DNA of 64,000 nucleotides, taken from positions 1,824,001 through 1,888,000 of the forward strand of contig CBDASK010000003.1 of NCBI GenBank assembly GCA_965199495.1, written 5' to 3'. Below, one piece after another: positions 30,716-41,647 of the stretch. The notes under the pieces were generated by a model, which ran no database searches, was not told the origin of the DNA, and saw nothing but the letters and a program-made list of their open reading frames with translations. Position numbers and translations under genes: made by a program. Source of the stretch: Abditibacterium sp. Lineage in GTDB: Bacteria; Armatimonadota; Abditibacteriia; Abditibacteriales; Abditibacteriaceae. How positions within the stretch are numbered: position 1 is the first letter of the stretch; each line of letters starts with the position of its first letter.

Positions 30716-31918
30716 TTAATCGCTTTCGCTCTGGCGCTTTTTCTCTTCGCCCTTCAACAGTTCGTGCGCCGCGCGCATATAATCGGGAATTCGAGCGGCA
30801 AACGGACTGCTTTTGAGTTGGGCGCCCAAAGTTTCCCAGCCGCGTTCGTCCAGAACTTTGACGTTTTCGCCGGGAAACCAATGGCCCGCGTTGCCCAGCA
30901 GGTTGTAGCGCATTTTGCCCCACTCGACCAAATCCAGACTTTTGGCGTAAAGATACAAACGCAAAATTTCGCGCACGTTGACATCGCCGACCAAGTCGTA
31001 ATGTTCGGGCAAATTTTCGTTCCAATTTTGGCACCATTCGGCGCCAAACTCGCGCTCCATTTCGGCGCGCAAACGCGTTTCAATCGGCGCGATTGTCGCC
31101 GCGATATCGTCGTAGAATTCGAGCGCGTCAACGTGCGCATCGAAATCGGACGGACGCGCGGCGCCAATTGACAAAGTGTGAACTTCGGGTTTGTTCAGGC
31201 ACCACAAATCGTTGAAACCCATCGGCGTGAGCGGCTCGCAGAGTTCTTCCATTTTGCGCGGTGGCTCGAACAATTTGCCGCCTTTTTCCGACGGCGAAAT
31301 GATAAACACGCCCATGTCGTGGCGCGTGGCTGCTTCAATCGAGGGCCAATTTAATTCGTTGACGAAATAATAGTGCAGGTTGACGTAATCGAATTCGCCG
31401 GTTTCATTGGCCGTCGTAATCATCCGTTCCGAGCCGTGCGTCGAGTAGCCGACGAAACGCACGCGGCCTTCGCGTTGCAACTGGCGCGCGACTTCCATGC
31501 AGCCACCGCGCAGCAAAACTTGATCGGTCAATTCCTGCGTGTTGATGCCGTGAAACGACAACAAATCGACGTAATCGAGTTTCAGATAATCCATCGATTT
31601 CTCGAAGGTTTTCAAGAACTCTTTCGGGTCTTCGTTTGGCCCGACTTTGGTCTGGATAATCATCTTCTCGCGCGGCAACTTGGGCAAAATCCAGCCCAAC
31701 TGCATCTCGGACGAACCGTAGCCACGCGCCGTCTCGATGTGGTTGATGCCCAGTTCGAGAGCGCGATGAATCGTCTGTTCGAGATTTTCCTGCTGTGCGG
31801 CTTCGATTTCGTCGGGTGCGAGGTCTTTCCACGCTTGTTGGTAGCGCATTCCGCCACAGGAAAAGACGGGCATTTGCAGTTCGGTGCGCCCAAAACGGCG
31901 ATATTTCATGTTCGACAT
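30716..31918 (-). CDS. aldo/keto reductase family protein
   Basis: YRRFGRTEL, INHIETARGYGSSE, QTKV, DYVDLLSFHGIN and GYSTHG. Confidence 0.88.
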   Translation of the reverse strand: MSNMKYRRFGRTELQMPVFSCGGMRYQQAWKDLAPDEIEAAQQENLEQTIHRALELGINHIETARGYGSSEMQLGWILPKLPREKMIIQTKVGPNEDPKEFLKTFEKSMDYLKLDYVDLLSFHGINTQELTDQVLLRGGCMEVARQLQREGRVRFVGYSTHGSERMITTANETGEFDYVNLHYYFVNELNWPSIEAATRHDMGVFIISPSEKGGKLFEPPRKMEELCEPLTPMGFNDLWCLNKPEVHTLSIGAARPSDFDAHVDALEFYDDIAATIAPIETRLRAEMEREFGAEWCQNWNENLPEHYDLVGDVNVREILRLYLYAKSLDLVEWGKMRYNLLGNAGHWFPGENVKVLDERGWETLGAQLKSSPFAARIPDYMRAAHELLKGEEKKRQSESD

Positions 31919-32037
31919 AAAGTGGATGAGAAGTATAAAGAAACCAAGAGAGTGCCCAGCCTATTTTTGACCTTTCTTTCTGGCATTGGAATCGCAGTTT
32001 TGAATGGCAACAGCAACTTTGGTTGCGAGGTTTCACC

Positions 32038-32502
32038 ATGAAAAAAACTATTATTTGCGTCGCCATCGGCGCTGTTGCCATGTATCTGCTCGATCCCGAA
32101 TTGGGCGCGATTCGCCGTTCGATCTGGGCCGATAAATTCAGCGGCAAAATGCCCAAAACCGGCAAAGCCATCAGCGAAAAAGCCAGTGCCTTGACCAGTA
32201 AAGTCAGCGAAGTCGCCACGCACGCCGACGAAGCCGCCGCCGATGCGGTTGATCACGCCGCCGACAAAGCCAAAGAAATCGCGGCGCAAGCGGGCGACAA
32301 AGCGGGCGAGATAAAAGACAACGCGGGCGCCGCAGTTGATAACGCGGCGGACAAGGCCAAAGAAGTTGCGGGCAACGTCGCCGACAAAGCGAACAACGCG
32401 GCTGATAAAGCCAAAGACGCGACCAACAAAGCCGACGATAGCGCAAAAGACGCCGCCAATAAAGCCGACGACAAAGCGGCGGATGCCGTCGAGAAAGTTT
32501 AA
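32038..32502 (+). CDS. YtxH/LEA-like stress protein
   Basis: N-terminal anchor GAVAMYLLDPxxGxxRR followed by A/D/K-rich ~11-mer repeats (AADKAKE...). Confidence 0.75.
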   Translation: MKKTIICVAIGAVAMYLLDPELGAIRRSIWADKFSGKMPKTGKAISEKASALTSKVSEVATHADEAAADAVDHAADKAKEIAAQAGDKAGEIKDNAGAAVDNAADKAKEVAGNVADKANNAADKAKDATNKADDSAKDAANKADDKAADAVEKV

Positions 32503-32613
32503 ATTCTTCATCGCAAAAGCCTCTCCAAAATCGAATTTGGGGAGGCTTTTCGTTTAACCCCGAAACGCAACAAGCCGCCCAATTTTTGTCTAAAGGGTAT
32601 TTCAAACTATATA

Positions 32614-33768
32614 ATGACACAAAATTTCCGCTCTCAAATCGCCTTGCGCGGTGTTTTCGTCGCCGTGGCTTTAACCAGCACGCTCGCTGTAAACGCGCAC
32701 GCTCGTCCGCAATGGACGCCCGCGCAGGCCAACACATGGCACGCCCAAAACGGCAATCAATGGTTGCGCGGCTCCAACTTTTTGCCGTCGAGCGCCATCA
32801 ACCAAATCGAGATGTGGCAGGCCAGCACCTTCGACGAACCCACCATTGACCGCGAACTGGGTTATGCGCAGGGTTTGGGCTTTAATTCGATGCGCGTTTT
32901 CCTGCACGATTTGCCTTATCAACAAGACCCGCGAGGTTTCTTAAAACGCGTTGACCGCTTTTTAACTATCGCCGACAAACACAAAATTCGCCCGCTTTTC
33001 GTGTTCTTCGATTCGTGCTGGTATCCGATTCCCTACTTGGGTGCGCAGATGGCGCCGCGCCCGTTCACGCACAATTCGGGTTGGGTGCAAAGCCCCGGCG
33101 CCGCCGCGCTGCAAGAACCCGCCGAATATCCGCGTTTGCACAAATACGTTTCGGGCGTCGTCAAACGCTTCGCCAAAGACAACCGCATCGCCGGTTGGGA
33201 CGTGTGGAACGAACCCGATAACTTCGATGGCGGCGCCGTGGCTCGTCCCGGCCTCGACCCGAAAAACAAAGTCGAGTTGGTCAACAAACTGTTGCCGCAA
33301 GTTTTCGCTTGGGCGCGCGAAAGCGACCCGACTCAGCCCCTGACTTCAGGCGTGTGGAAGGGCGACAACTTCGGCGCCGACGCCAATTTGGAAGAGTGCG
33401 CGCGCACCCAATTACAAAATTCGGACGTGATTTCGTTTCACAACTACGGCGATGACGCTTCGATGCGTCGCGCGATTAACTCGCTCAAACGTTTCGGTCG
33501 CCCGCAGATGTGTACCGAATATATGGCGCGTCCCAACGGCAGCACGTTCAATCCGATTCTGGGCACGCTCAAGGCGCAAGACGTGGCTGCTTATAACTGG
33601 GGCTTTGTTTCGGGCAAATCGCAAACGATTTATCCGTGGGATTCGTGGACAAAGACCTATACTTCCGAGCCGCCGGTGTGGTTTCACGACATTCTGCGCA
33701 TGGACGGCACGCCTTATAAACAGGACGAAGTCAATTACATTCGCCAGATTACCGGCGTTACCAAATAA
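32614..33768 (+). CDS. secreted GH5-like glycoside hydrolase
   Basis: Signal peptide; GFNSMRVFLH, WDVWNEPDN (acid/base E), ISFHNY and CTEYMAR (nucleophile E). Confidence 0.85.
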   Translation: MTQNFRSQIALRGVFVAVALTSTLAVNAHARPQWTPAQANTWHAQNGNQWLRGSNFLPSSAINQIEMWQASTFDEPTIDRELGYAQGLGFNSMRVFLHDLPYQQDPRGFLKRVDRFLTIADKHKIRPLFVFFDSCWYPIPYLGAQMAPRPFTHNSGWVQSPGAAALQEPAEYPRLHKYVSGVVKRFAKDNRIAGWDVWNEPDNFDGGAVARPGLDPKNKVELVNKLLPQVFAWARESDPTQPLTSGVWKGDNFGADANLEECARTQLQNSDVISFHNYGDDASMRRAINSLKRFGRPQMCTEYMARPNGSTFNPILGTLKAQDVAAYNWGFVSGKSQTIYPWDSWTKTYTSEPPVWFHDILRMDGTPYKQDEVNYIRQITGVTK

Positions 33769-33770
33769 AA

Positions 33771-34355
33771 ATGCTCCCTAAAAAGCCCACGTTTTCTCAA
33801 TTGGTGTGCGGCGCGCCCGACGTGCGCGCCGCGTTTGAGTCGTATGTGCCCGCGCAGTTTTGGTGGCGCCTGATACTGATGTTGCACGGCAAACCCGTGG
33901 CGTCGTCGCTTTCGTGCGCGCAGGAATCGCGGCAAATCGCCGAGGGTTTCCGTTTTTACGCGTGGCTTTACCGATTTTTGGCGGTTGTGTTTCTGTTGTT
34001 GGGGCCGACGTTATTGGCCGCGAACACTAACGAAAACAACGTCAATTATTGGGCGGTGAGCAGCGTGTTATCGGGCATTTATCTGTGGTTTTGTAGCGGA
34101 TTAGGTTTCGCTGGCGCCAGAGATTACGCCATTGAAGCGGCGCACGGCACCATTGTTTTGCTCACATTTATGGTGATGATCGTGGCATTTTTGAGCGCGT
34201 TCGTGGCTGTCATCAGCGTCGTTGCGCAGTCAAATTGGCTGGCAACTGCGCCCAATTTGGCGGCGACGAGCCTGTTGTTTCTCTTCGGTGTCGGTTCTTA
34301 TTTCATCGAAATCGTTTATTTGGCAAGCCGCGCAACGCACGCGACTCGGACATGA
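33771..34355 (+). CDS. hypothetical membrane protein
   Basis: Four hydrophobic segments; tightly packed between neighbours. Confidence 0.55.
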   Translation: MLPKKPTFSQLVCGAPDVRAAFESYVPAQFWWRLILMLHGKPVASSLSCAQESRQIAEGFRFYAWLYRFLAVVFLLLGPTLLAANTNENNVNYWAVSSVLSGIYLWFCSGLGFAGARDYAIEAAHGTIVLLTFMVMIVAFLSAFVAVISVVAQSNWLATAPNLAATSLLFLFGVGSYFIEIVYLASRATHATRT

Positions 34356-35017
34356 AATTTCCTCCCGCACAACAACGAATCCTCGTCGTGGCTGCCCTGC
34401 TCGCCTGGAGCGTTTCTCTCGTGCTTTTTCGGATAGAGGCGAGCAGCGATAAAAACGGATCTGAACTGCTGTGGAATTTATTTCTGGCCGCATTGCCGTT
34501 AGTCTGGAGTTCGATCTTCCAACGCGCCATCACGCGCAAACGCTGGATTGGGGCAAGCGTCACTTTCGTGTTGTGGATTTTATTTCTCCCCAACGCGCCC
34601 TATTTATTAACCGATTTAATTCATCTGGAGCCAAAACCCAACATACCGGAATGGTACATTCTTGCGATGCTGCTCTCGTGTGCAGCCACCGGCACGCTCA
34701 TTGGCTACGTCTCGCTGATGGACGTTCACGCCACCATCGAACGCCGCTTCGGTTTCACCGCGGGCTGGCTGCTCGCGCTGGCTTCGCTCATGTTATGCGG
34801 ATTCGGCATCTATCTGGGCCGCTTTCTGCGCTGGAACAGTTGGGACGCCCTGACGCGCCCGCTCGATTTCGCGCGCACCGTCATCGGCCAATTCGCCGAC
34901 GCGGGGCCGCACCCTCATCCGGTTCCGGTCACGCTGATTTTCGGCGGTGGTTTGGTGATTGGTTATGTGGCGCTTCGCGTATTGACGACGCCCGCGCGGG
35001 CCGAATCGTTGCTGTGA
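34352..35017 (+). CDS. DUF1361 membrane protein
   Basis: WNLFLA, WILFLPNAPYLLTDLIHL and GIYLGRFLRWNSWD; ATGA overlap with the upstream gene. Confidence 0.88.
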   Translation: MKFPPAQQRILVVAALLAWSVSLVLFRIEASSDKNGSELLWNLFLAALPLVWSSIFQRAITRKRWIGASVTFVLWILFLPNAPYLLTDLIHLEPKPNIPEWYILAMLLSCAATGTLIGYVSLMDVHATIERRFGFTAGWLLALASLMLCGFGIYLGRFLRWNSWDALTRPLDFARTVIGQFADAGPHPHPVPVTLIFGGGLVIGYVALRVLTTPARAESLL

Positions 35018-35031
35018 TAAATTAAAACTCC

Positions 35032-35661
35032 ATGCAAATTCAATCTGAACAACTCGCCTACTGGTATTTTCGGCTGAATGGATTCCTCAACATTCCAAAC
35101 TTTGTTGTTCATCCTGATACCGGCAACGATCAGCGCACCGACGTAGATTTGCTTGGTGTCAGATTTCCGTATAGAGCAGAATTGTTACTCAGCCCTGTGC
35201 CCATGCGTGACGATGATATTTTTCGTCATCCGAGGGACAAAGCGCACCTTATTTTGGCAGAAGTTAAAGTCGGATTGTGTAACTTGAACGGCCCTTGGAC
35301 TAAGCCGGGGAATGAAAATATGCAAAGAGTTTTGCGCGCCGTTGGAATTTTACCATTACAAGAAATCGAATTGGCTGCGGCGGCTCTTTATGAGAAGGGC
35401 GTTTATTCCAATCAGCTTTACAAAGTGTCCCTGTTCTGTCTTGGAGCCAGAAAGAATCCCGAAATCGCGGACAATTACCCGAAGGTAATTCAATTAACAT
35501 GGGAAGATTGCCTGACTTTCATCGACGGGCGATTCAGACAATATCGCGGCAAGAAAGCGGGCCACAATCAATGGGACAAACACGGAAAAGCTTTGTGGAA
35601 TTGCTCCAGAGACAGTTCAACTGTCGAAGAATTTATCGCTCAAGTAGAGGTGATAGGATGA
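35032..35661 (+). CDS. hypothetical protein, PD-(D/E)xK nuclease-like
   Basis: EQLAYWYFRLNGF helix, TDVDLLGVR and LILAEVK; codon usage looks more AT-rich than the flanks. Confidence 0.55.
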   Translation: MQIQSEQLAYWYFRLNGFLNIPNFVVHPDTGNDQRTDVDLLGVRFPYRAELLLSPVPMRDDDIFRHPRDKAHLILAEVKVGLCNLNGPWTKPGNENMQRVLRAVGILPLQEIELAAAALYEKGVYSNQLYKVSLFCLGARKNPEIADNYPKVIQLTWEDCLTFIDGRFRQYRGKKAGHNQWDKHGKALWNCSRDSSTVEEFIAQVEVIG

Positions 35662-36290
35662 ACAACCAAATTGAATGGCGCCGCGCCTTTATTCGTAGTG
35701 GCTTCAACCTAATCGAACTTGATGGCAAATTTGATTTCAATCGGGAGAATCACGGCATTGAATTCTTCTTTCTCTCCATTTTGTCCGAGCTGCAACTCGA
35801 CGCCGAATACAAAAACGGCATCTTCTCGCCAATATCCGCAACCGTTGACGAATCGGCGTGGCTCGCTGCTATCGACAAATTGCACACCGATTCTGAGGGC
35901 GGGCGTTCTGGCATGGACGATATTGATTTGCAAATGATGGACACCTACATGGCTGGCATCGTTCGCTGGGTGAATGCCGCTGGCATCCGAACAAAGCACA
36001 GTTGCGATGGTCATCCGCCTTACGAACGCCGAGGCCCAACTCTGGATTTAGCTAATGTGAGCCAGAGAGTTCCGTTGAACTACTTCCTGCGCCTTGTATC
36101 GGATGGAGACTGGGAATTGATGCGGAATCGCTTTGTGAAAACCGAAGAGCGCCGCCGATCAGCGCGAAACAGTGGGCCGATGTTGACGGGCGACCGATTT
36201 TGGCTGTTGGACGTGGCGGAGAAAATTCACCAACATCAAGACACTTTGCGCCAACTTGTAGAAATCTCAAGCGAGTTGGCCCAGAGCTAA
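35658..36290 (+). CDS. hypothetical protein with D..MAGIVRWVN..G..T..SCDGH motif
   Basis: ATGA-coupled to the upstream gene, with GAGG SD; 210 aa. Confidence 0.6.
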   Translation: MNNQIEWRRAFIRSGFNLIELDGKFDFNRENHGIEFFFLSILSELQLDAEYKNGIFSPISATVDESAWLAAIDKLHTDSEGGRSGMDDIDLQMMDTYMAGIVRWVNAAGIRTKHSCDGHPPYERRGPTLDLANVSQRVPLNYFLRLVSDGDWELMRNRFVKTEERRRSARNSGPMLTGDRFWLLDVAEKIHQHQDTLRQLVEISSELAQS

Positions 36291-36339
36291 TTTCGATTTG
36301 GGCGCTCAAAAATTTCTCAAGAAATTTCCCAAAAATCCC

Positions 36340-36750
36340 TTGCGGCCTTCCGCGCATCTCCGTATAATTTCTTCTTGCGCCTGACGAAGAGTATCTCGCA
36401 AGGCGCACCGCGAAGTTCAAATCGCTCCACTGAATAGAAAAATTCCTTGAGAAACATTCTAGAAAGTTGGAACCCCGATTTGAGACAAGCATCTGTAAAA
36501 AGCCCGATGAGTGAGGTCGAACTTAGAGCTTCAAGAGAAGCCTAAAATTAAGCCTTGACGAAATCGGCAGAAGAGAGTAAAATTTCTTCTTGCCCCTGAA
36601 GAAGAGAGCTTCGAGATGATTTCAAAAGGCCCTTGACAAGACGGGGAGAAGAGAGTAGAATTTCTTCTTGCGCCGAGCGAAAGCGGGTTGAGTTAGCTTC
36701 TAAAAAAGCCCTTGACAAGCCGAGCAGAGTGCAGTAAAATTTCTTCTTGC
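36340..36750 (+). promoter_or_regulatory. four tandem sigma70-type rRNA promoters
   Basis: TTGCGG/TATAAT (36340/36363), TTGACG/TAAAAT (36555/36578), TTGACA/TAGAAT (36633/36656) and TTGACA/TAAAAT (36712/36735); all have 17-bp spacers and are followed by TTCTTCTTGC. Confidence 0.85.
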
Positions 36751-36970
36751 CCGTTGCGAAGAGGCCGAATAAAGTAGGCTGAAACGAAGCGATGGCGCGT
36801 TCTTTGAAAACTGAATAGTGGAAAGGTAAAGCGTGAACGAACAAGCCTCTCATCTTCGGATGAGATATGTAAATGTTGTGCGAGCTTTAGGTCAAGCTTT
36901 GAGCTGTTCAGGGATGAACAGCCAAAAATACCTTGCTGTTGAAATAGCAAAGTGTTCAAACATCCATTCT

Positions 36971-38488
<1,518 letters not shown>

Positions 38489-38663
38489 TGGAGCAAACTT
38501 CAAGTAACCTTTCGAGGTGAACGACAGTGTTCTAAAATTTACTCGCCAACATTTGGCGTGTTCGAGAGTCCCAAGATTGAAATATCGGACGGACTCGTGC
38601 TTGACCAGTTTTACCCCCACTATTCAGTTTTCAGAGTGCCTTCATCTTTGGGGCGCAAATTTG

Positions 38664-38696
38664 AAAAAGCCCGTCGCGTAAGCGGCGGGCTTTTTG
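38664..38696 (+). terminator. terminator of the stand-alone 16S transcript
   Basis: AAAAAGCCCGTCGC-GTAA-GCGGCGGGCTTTTT. Confidence 0.85.
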
Positions 38697-38751
38697 TCGT
38701 TTGTCTCAATTCACGCCCTGATGTGGTATTGGAAGTGCAGCCACGTCCAAA

Positions 38752-39996
38752 ATGCGTCACTTCACTGCAAAATTTCTTGTTCTATTCGTTGCGCTCACTT
38801 CGTCGGCGTGGCTGTGTTATGCCGCTCCTGCTATTAAAACAACGCCTCACACATTTCCATTACAATATGTGGGGTTTTACAAAAATACTCCGATTACTCC
38901 GGTAATCGCCTTAAAATCCGATTTTGTGGCGTATCCCAATTTGCCCTCTTATAAGAAGTTTCTCGACGCTCCCGCAAATTCGCTTGAAAGAACAGTTGCG
39001 CGTTATGTTGAAACACTTTCCGATGGGCGCGATACGCTATCGCCAGAAACGTTGGCTACCGTTGAGAATTTCTACACTGAAGACGAGAAGGAAGGTAATG
39101 AGAAAGCCATCGAAAGTGTTCATAGCCAGTTCAACAAAATCGCGGACATCCGAATGTGGCACCGATATGATGCAGGGCTACTCTCGATTATTTCATTGGC
39201 TTATATTTCGCCCTCGCGCGTTCAACCCTTCAAAACTCTTTATCTGCGTAAAAGCGGCGCCTCTTACTTCATCACGGGACTTCAAAGTGGCTCCAAAAAC
39301 TACAAAGACGGGCAGTCTGTAATCGATGGAATTGCTTTGTCGAGTGTTGTCTCTCTGAACGAAAGCAACTTAGTGTCACGACCCGATTTGGCTAATGTTC
39401 CTCAACCCACCTATCGTTATAATTTTGCTTTACAAAATTCGTTGCCGGAAGATACTTCTCCGGTTAATCATTTGGAAATTCTGTTCACAGGCAAGCCATC
39501 CAACATTCCTGTTGACGAGAACATGATTCCTGCCGATCCGGTGCAAGCGCTAATTAAGCGCGCGGTTCAAGTTAGACGCAAAGGCACGCTGCAAGAATTC
39601 CTCTCTTTATGGACAGACTACGACAAAAACGGCACCTTCGCGCGTAATCTGGCTCTACAAAATAGTCGGAATGCTCCTCACGCTTCGGCTTCCAGCATTG
39701 GTTTCTTCGCCGGTCAGGACGAAGTTCGTATTGTGTTCACCATTGATTTCGAGGTCGGCGCTTTGGTTTTTCTACGAAACAACGATTCCAAGAAGTTGCA
39801 TTTGCTCAAGGTATGGAAACAATCGCCAAACGATTATCGGTTGAGCGAATCAGGTAGCTTAGAAAGAGGCGATGTTCTGCCCGGTAATTTAAATACTCTG
39901 TTCGACTCTTCGGATTTTCAATCTTATGTTAATGGCCAAGTTGACCAATTCATAGAGCAAAATGACACAAAAGCAACTAATTCCATCCGCGACTAA
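38752..39996 (+). CDS. secreted hypothetical protein
   Basis: 414-aa ORF with a signal peptide; visibly lower GC; no recognised motif. Confidence 0.65.
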   Translation: MRHFTAKFLVLFVALTSSAWLCYAAPAIKTTPHTFPLQYVGFYKNTPITPVIALKSDFVAYPNLPSYKKFLDAPANSLERTVARYVETLSDGRDTLSPETLATVENFYTEDEKEGNEKAIESVHSQFNKIADIRMWHRYDAGLLSIISLAYISPSRVQPFKTLYLRKSGASYFITGLQSGSKNYKDGQSVIDGIALSSVVSLNESNLVSRPDLANVPQPTYRYNFALQNSLPEDTSPVNHLEILFTGKPSNIPVDENMIPADPVQALIKRAVQVRRKGTLQEFLSLWTDYDKNGTFARNLALQNSRNAPHASASSIGFFAGQDEVRIVFTIDFEVGALVFLRNNDSKKLHLLKVWKQSPNDYRLSESGSLERGDVLPGNLNTLFDSSDFQSYVNGQVDQFIEQNDTKATNSIRD

Positions 39997-40411
39997 TATC
40001 CGTTACTATCCTCAGCCTTCCGAAGCCAGCCACGCCGCCATTGCGCGCGTTGAGAATGGCCAAATTCATCCCGGCTATTATTTAATCGATCCCGCGACTA
40101 AAGCGCGCGTTGTCGCCGATTTGCCGTTGCCTGTCGTGAAATTTATTCATCGGTTCGCTATGTGCTGCTCGCTTGATTGTTGTGGTTGGGCCGCGCTCGC
40201 GTTCGATGAGCCGAGCGCCGACGATGCACGTTGGGCGATTGCATTGCGCGTGGAGGACGAGTTCGCGCGGGCGCGGGACGCAATCGAAAGTTCGGTCGCA
40301 GAATTGTTGTGGTTTCCGCAGTTGGGGTTGGGCGCGACGAAAGAGGTCGCGTTGGTTTTCTTCGGCTGGTTTGAAGCGGGTTTGCGCCGCGTGAAAATGG
40401 ATTTGACCTAA
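39962..40411 (+). CDS. hypothetical protein with CCxxxCCG motif (DUF6331-like, tentative)
   Basis: CCSLDCCGWAALAF; start position uncertain. Confidence 0.4.
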   Translation: MTQKQLIPSATNIRYYPQPSEASHAAIARVENGQIHPGYYLIDPATKARVVADLPLPVVKFIHRFAMCCSLDCCGWAALAFDEPSADDARWAIALRVEDEFARARDAIESSVAELLWFPQLGLGATKEVALVFFGWFEAGLRRVKMDLT

Positions 40412-40431
40412 GATTTCCTCATTCTCCATAA

Positions 40432-40523
40432 AGATGACGATTTATCGCGTCTAAGAATATCGCTTGCTTCCACTTTATCGGCAAGTCTGACGTTTTAGAC
40501 GCGATAAATCGTCGTCTCTACGG
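40432..40523. repeat. family A REPIN-like doublet
   Basis: AGATGACGATTTATCGCGTCTAA ... TTAGACGCGATAAATCGTCGTCTCTACGG. Confidence 0.75.
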
Positions 40524-40538
40524 AAAACGAAAATTGGC

Positions 40539-41459
40539 TCACTGTTCTAATTTATAATTCGATTCCTCGCCTGACTCACGCGCCGGATGCGCATCAACGC
40601 CATCGAAACTGAGCGTGACCGGCGCAATTGAGCCGTCGGCGCGAAATTCTAAGCGTTCCAGACACGTCACGCGATGGTTGGCGTCGGTTTCGCCCAAAGG
40701 TCGGCGATGATAACAGATCACCCAATCGTCGTCGGTGCCGGGCAATTGCATCACCGAATGATGGCCCGCACTGGTCGCCACGTCGGGGTTGTTCTGCAAA
40801 ATCACGCCGCCGTTTTTAAACGGGCCGAACGGATTATCGGCGCGACCGTAGGCGACGCGATAACTCGCATCGCCCCAACCGCCTTCGCTCCACATCATGT
40901 AATAAACGCCACGGCGTTTGACCATAAACGGGCCTTCGACGTAATCGGGCGAAGGCGTGATTTCGCGTGGCGCGCGGTTAATCGCTTGCATCGTCGGCGT
41001 TAATGGCGCGACGACGCAATGGCCGTGGCCGCCATAATACAAATAGGCGCGACCATCGTCGTCCACGAAACAGTGCGCGTCAATCGGTTGGGCGCCGAAG
41101 AAATAATCGCGCACGAGCGGAATACCGATGGCGTCGCGAAACGGGCCGAACGGATAATCGGAAACCGCGACGCCAATTCCGGCGCCATCGCCCGCCGAAA
41201 AGTAGAAATAATACTTGCCGTCGCGCGGATTGCGCGCGCACGAGGGCGCCCAGGCCGCGAAGTTGGTTGACCAGCGCACGTCGAGCAAGCTCAAAATTAT
41301 TCCGTCGTTGTGCCAGTTGACTAAATCGCCGCTGCTCCAACATTCGTAATGCAATTGCTCGGTGAAAGGCGCCGAGGTCGTCGGATAGACGTAATAACGT
41401 CCATCGAAACAATGGATTTCGGGATCGGCATACCAGCCGGGAAAAATGGGATTGGGCAC
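40539..41459 (-). CDS. GH43 glycoside hydrolase (arabinofuranosidase/xylosidase-like)
   Basis: WYADP, AWAPS, PIDAHCFVDDDG, YVEGP and GHHS. Confidence 0.9.
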   Translation of the reverse strand: MPNPIFPGWYADPEIHCFDGRYYVYPTTSAPFTEQLHYECWSSGDLVNWHNDGIILSLLDVRWSTNFAAWAPSCARNPRDGKYYFYFSAGDGAGIGVAVSDYPFGPFRDAIGIPLVRDYFFGAQPIDAHCFVDDDGRAYLYYGGHGHCVVAPLTPTMQAINRAPREITPSPDYVEGPFMVKRRGVYYMMWSEGGWGDASYRVAYGRADNPFGPFKNGGVILQNNPDVATSAGHHSVMQLPGTDDDWVICYHRRPLGETDANHRVTCLERLEFRADGSIAPVTLSFDGVDAHPARESGEESNYKLEQ

Positions 41460-41506
41460 GCGTTAAAGGATACAGAATCACCCGCGTTCAAACATCAGAC
41501 ACAAAG

Positions 41507-41643
41507 GATCAGTGCCGTTTGTAGAGACACCGACCGTGTGCCCTTTGGGCGGATGTCTAAAACGTAGAAGTAGCGACGATTTTTACGTTTTAGACATCCG
41601 CCCAAAGGGCACACGGTCGGTGTCTCTACAAACGGCACTGATC
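41507..41643. repeat. family A REPIN-like doublet with ~60-bp perfect arms
   Basis: GATCAGTGCCGTTTGTAGAGACACCGACCGTGTGCCCTTTGGGCGGATGTCTAAAACGTA and its reverse complement. Confidence 0.88.
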
Positions 41644-41647
41644 GTTG

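Noticed and set aside
36550..36750. 78-79-bp periodic repeat as a CRISPR array or coding repeat
   Set aside because: The conserved parts are exactly the -35, -10 and discriminator elements of rRNA promoters.
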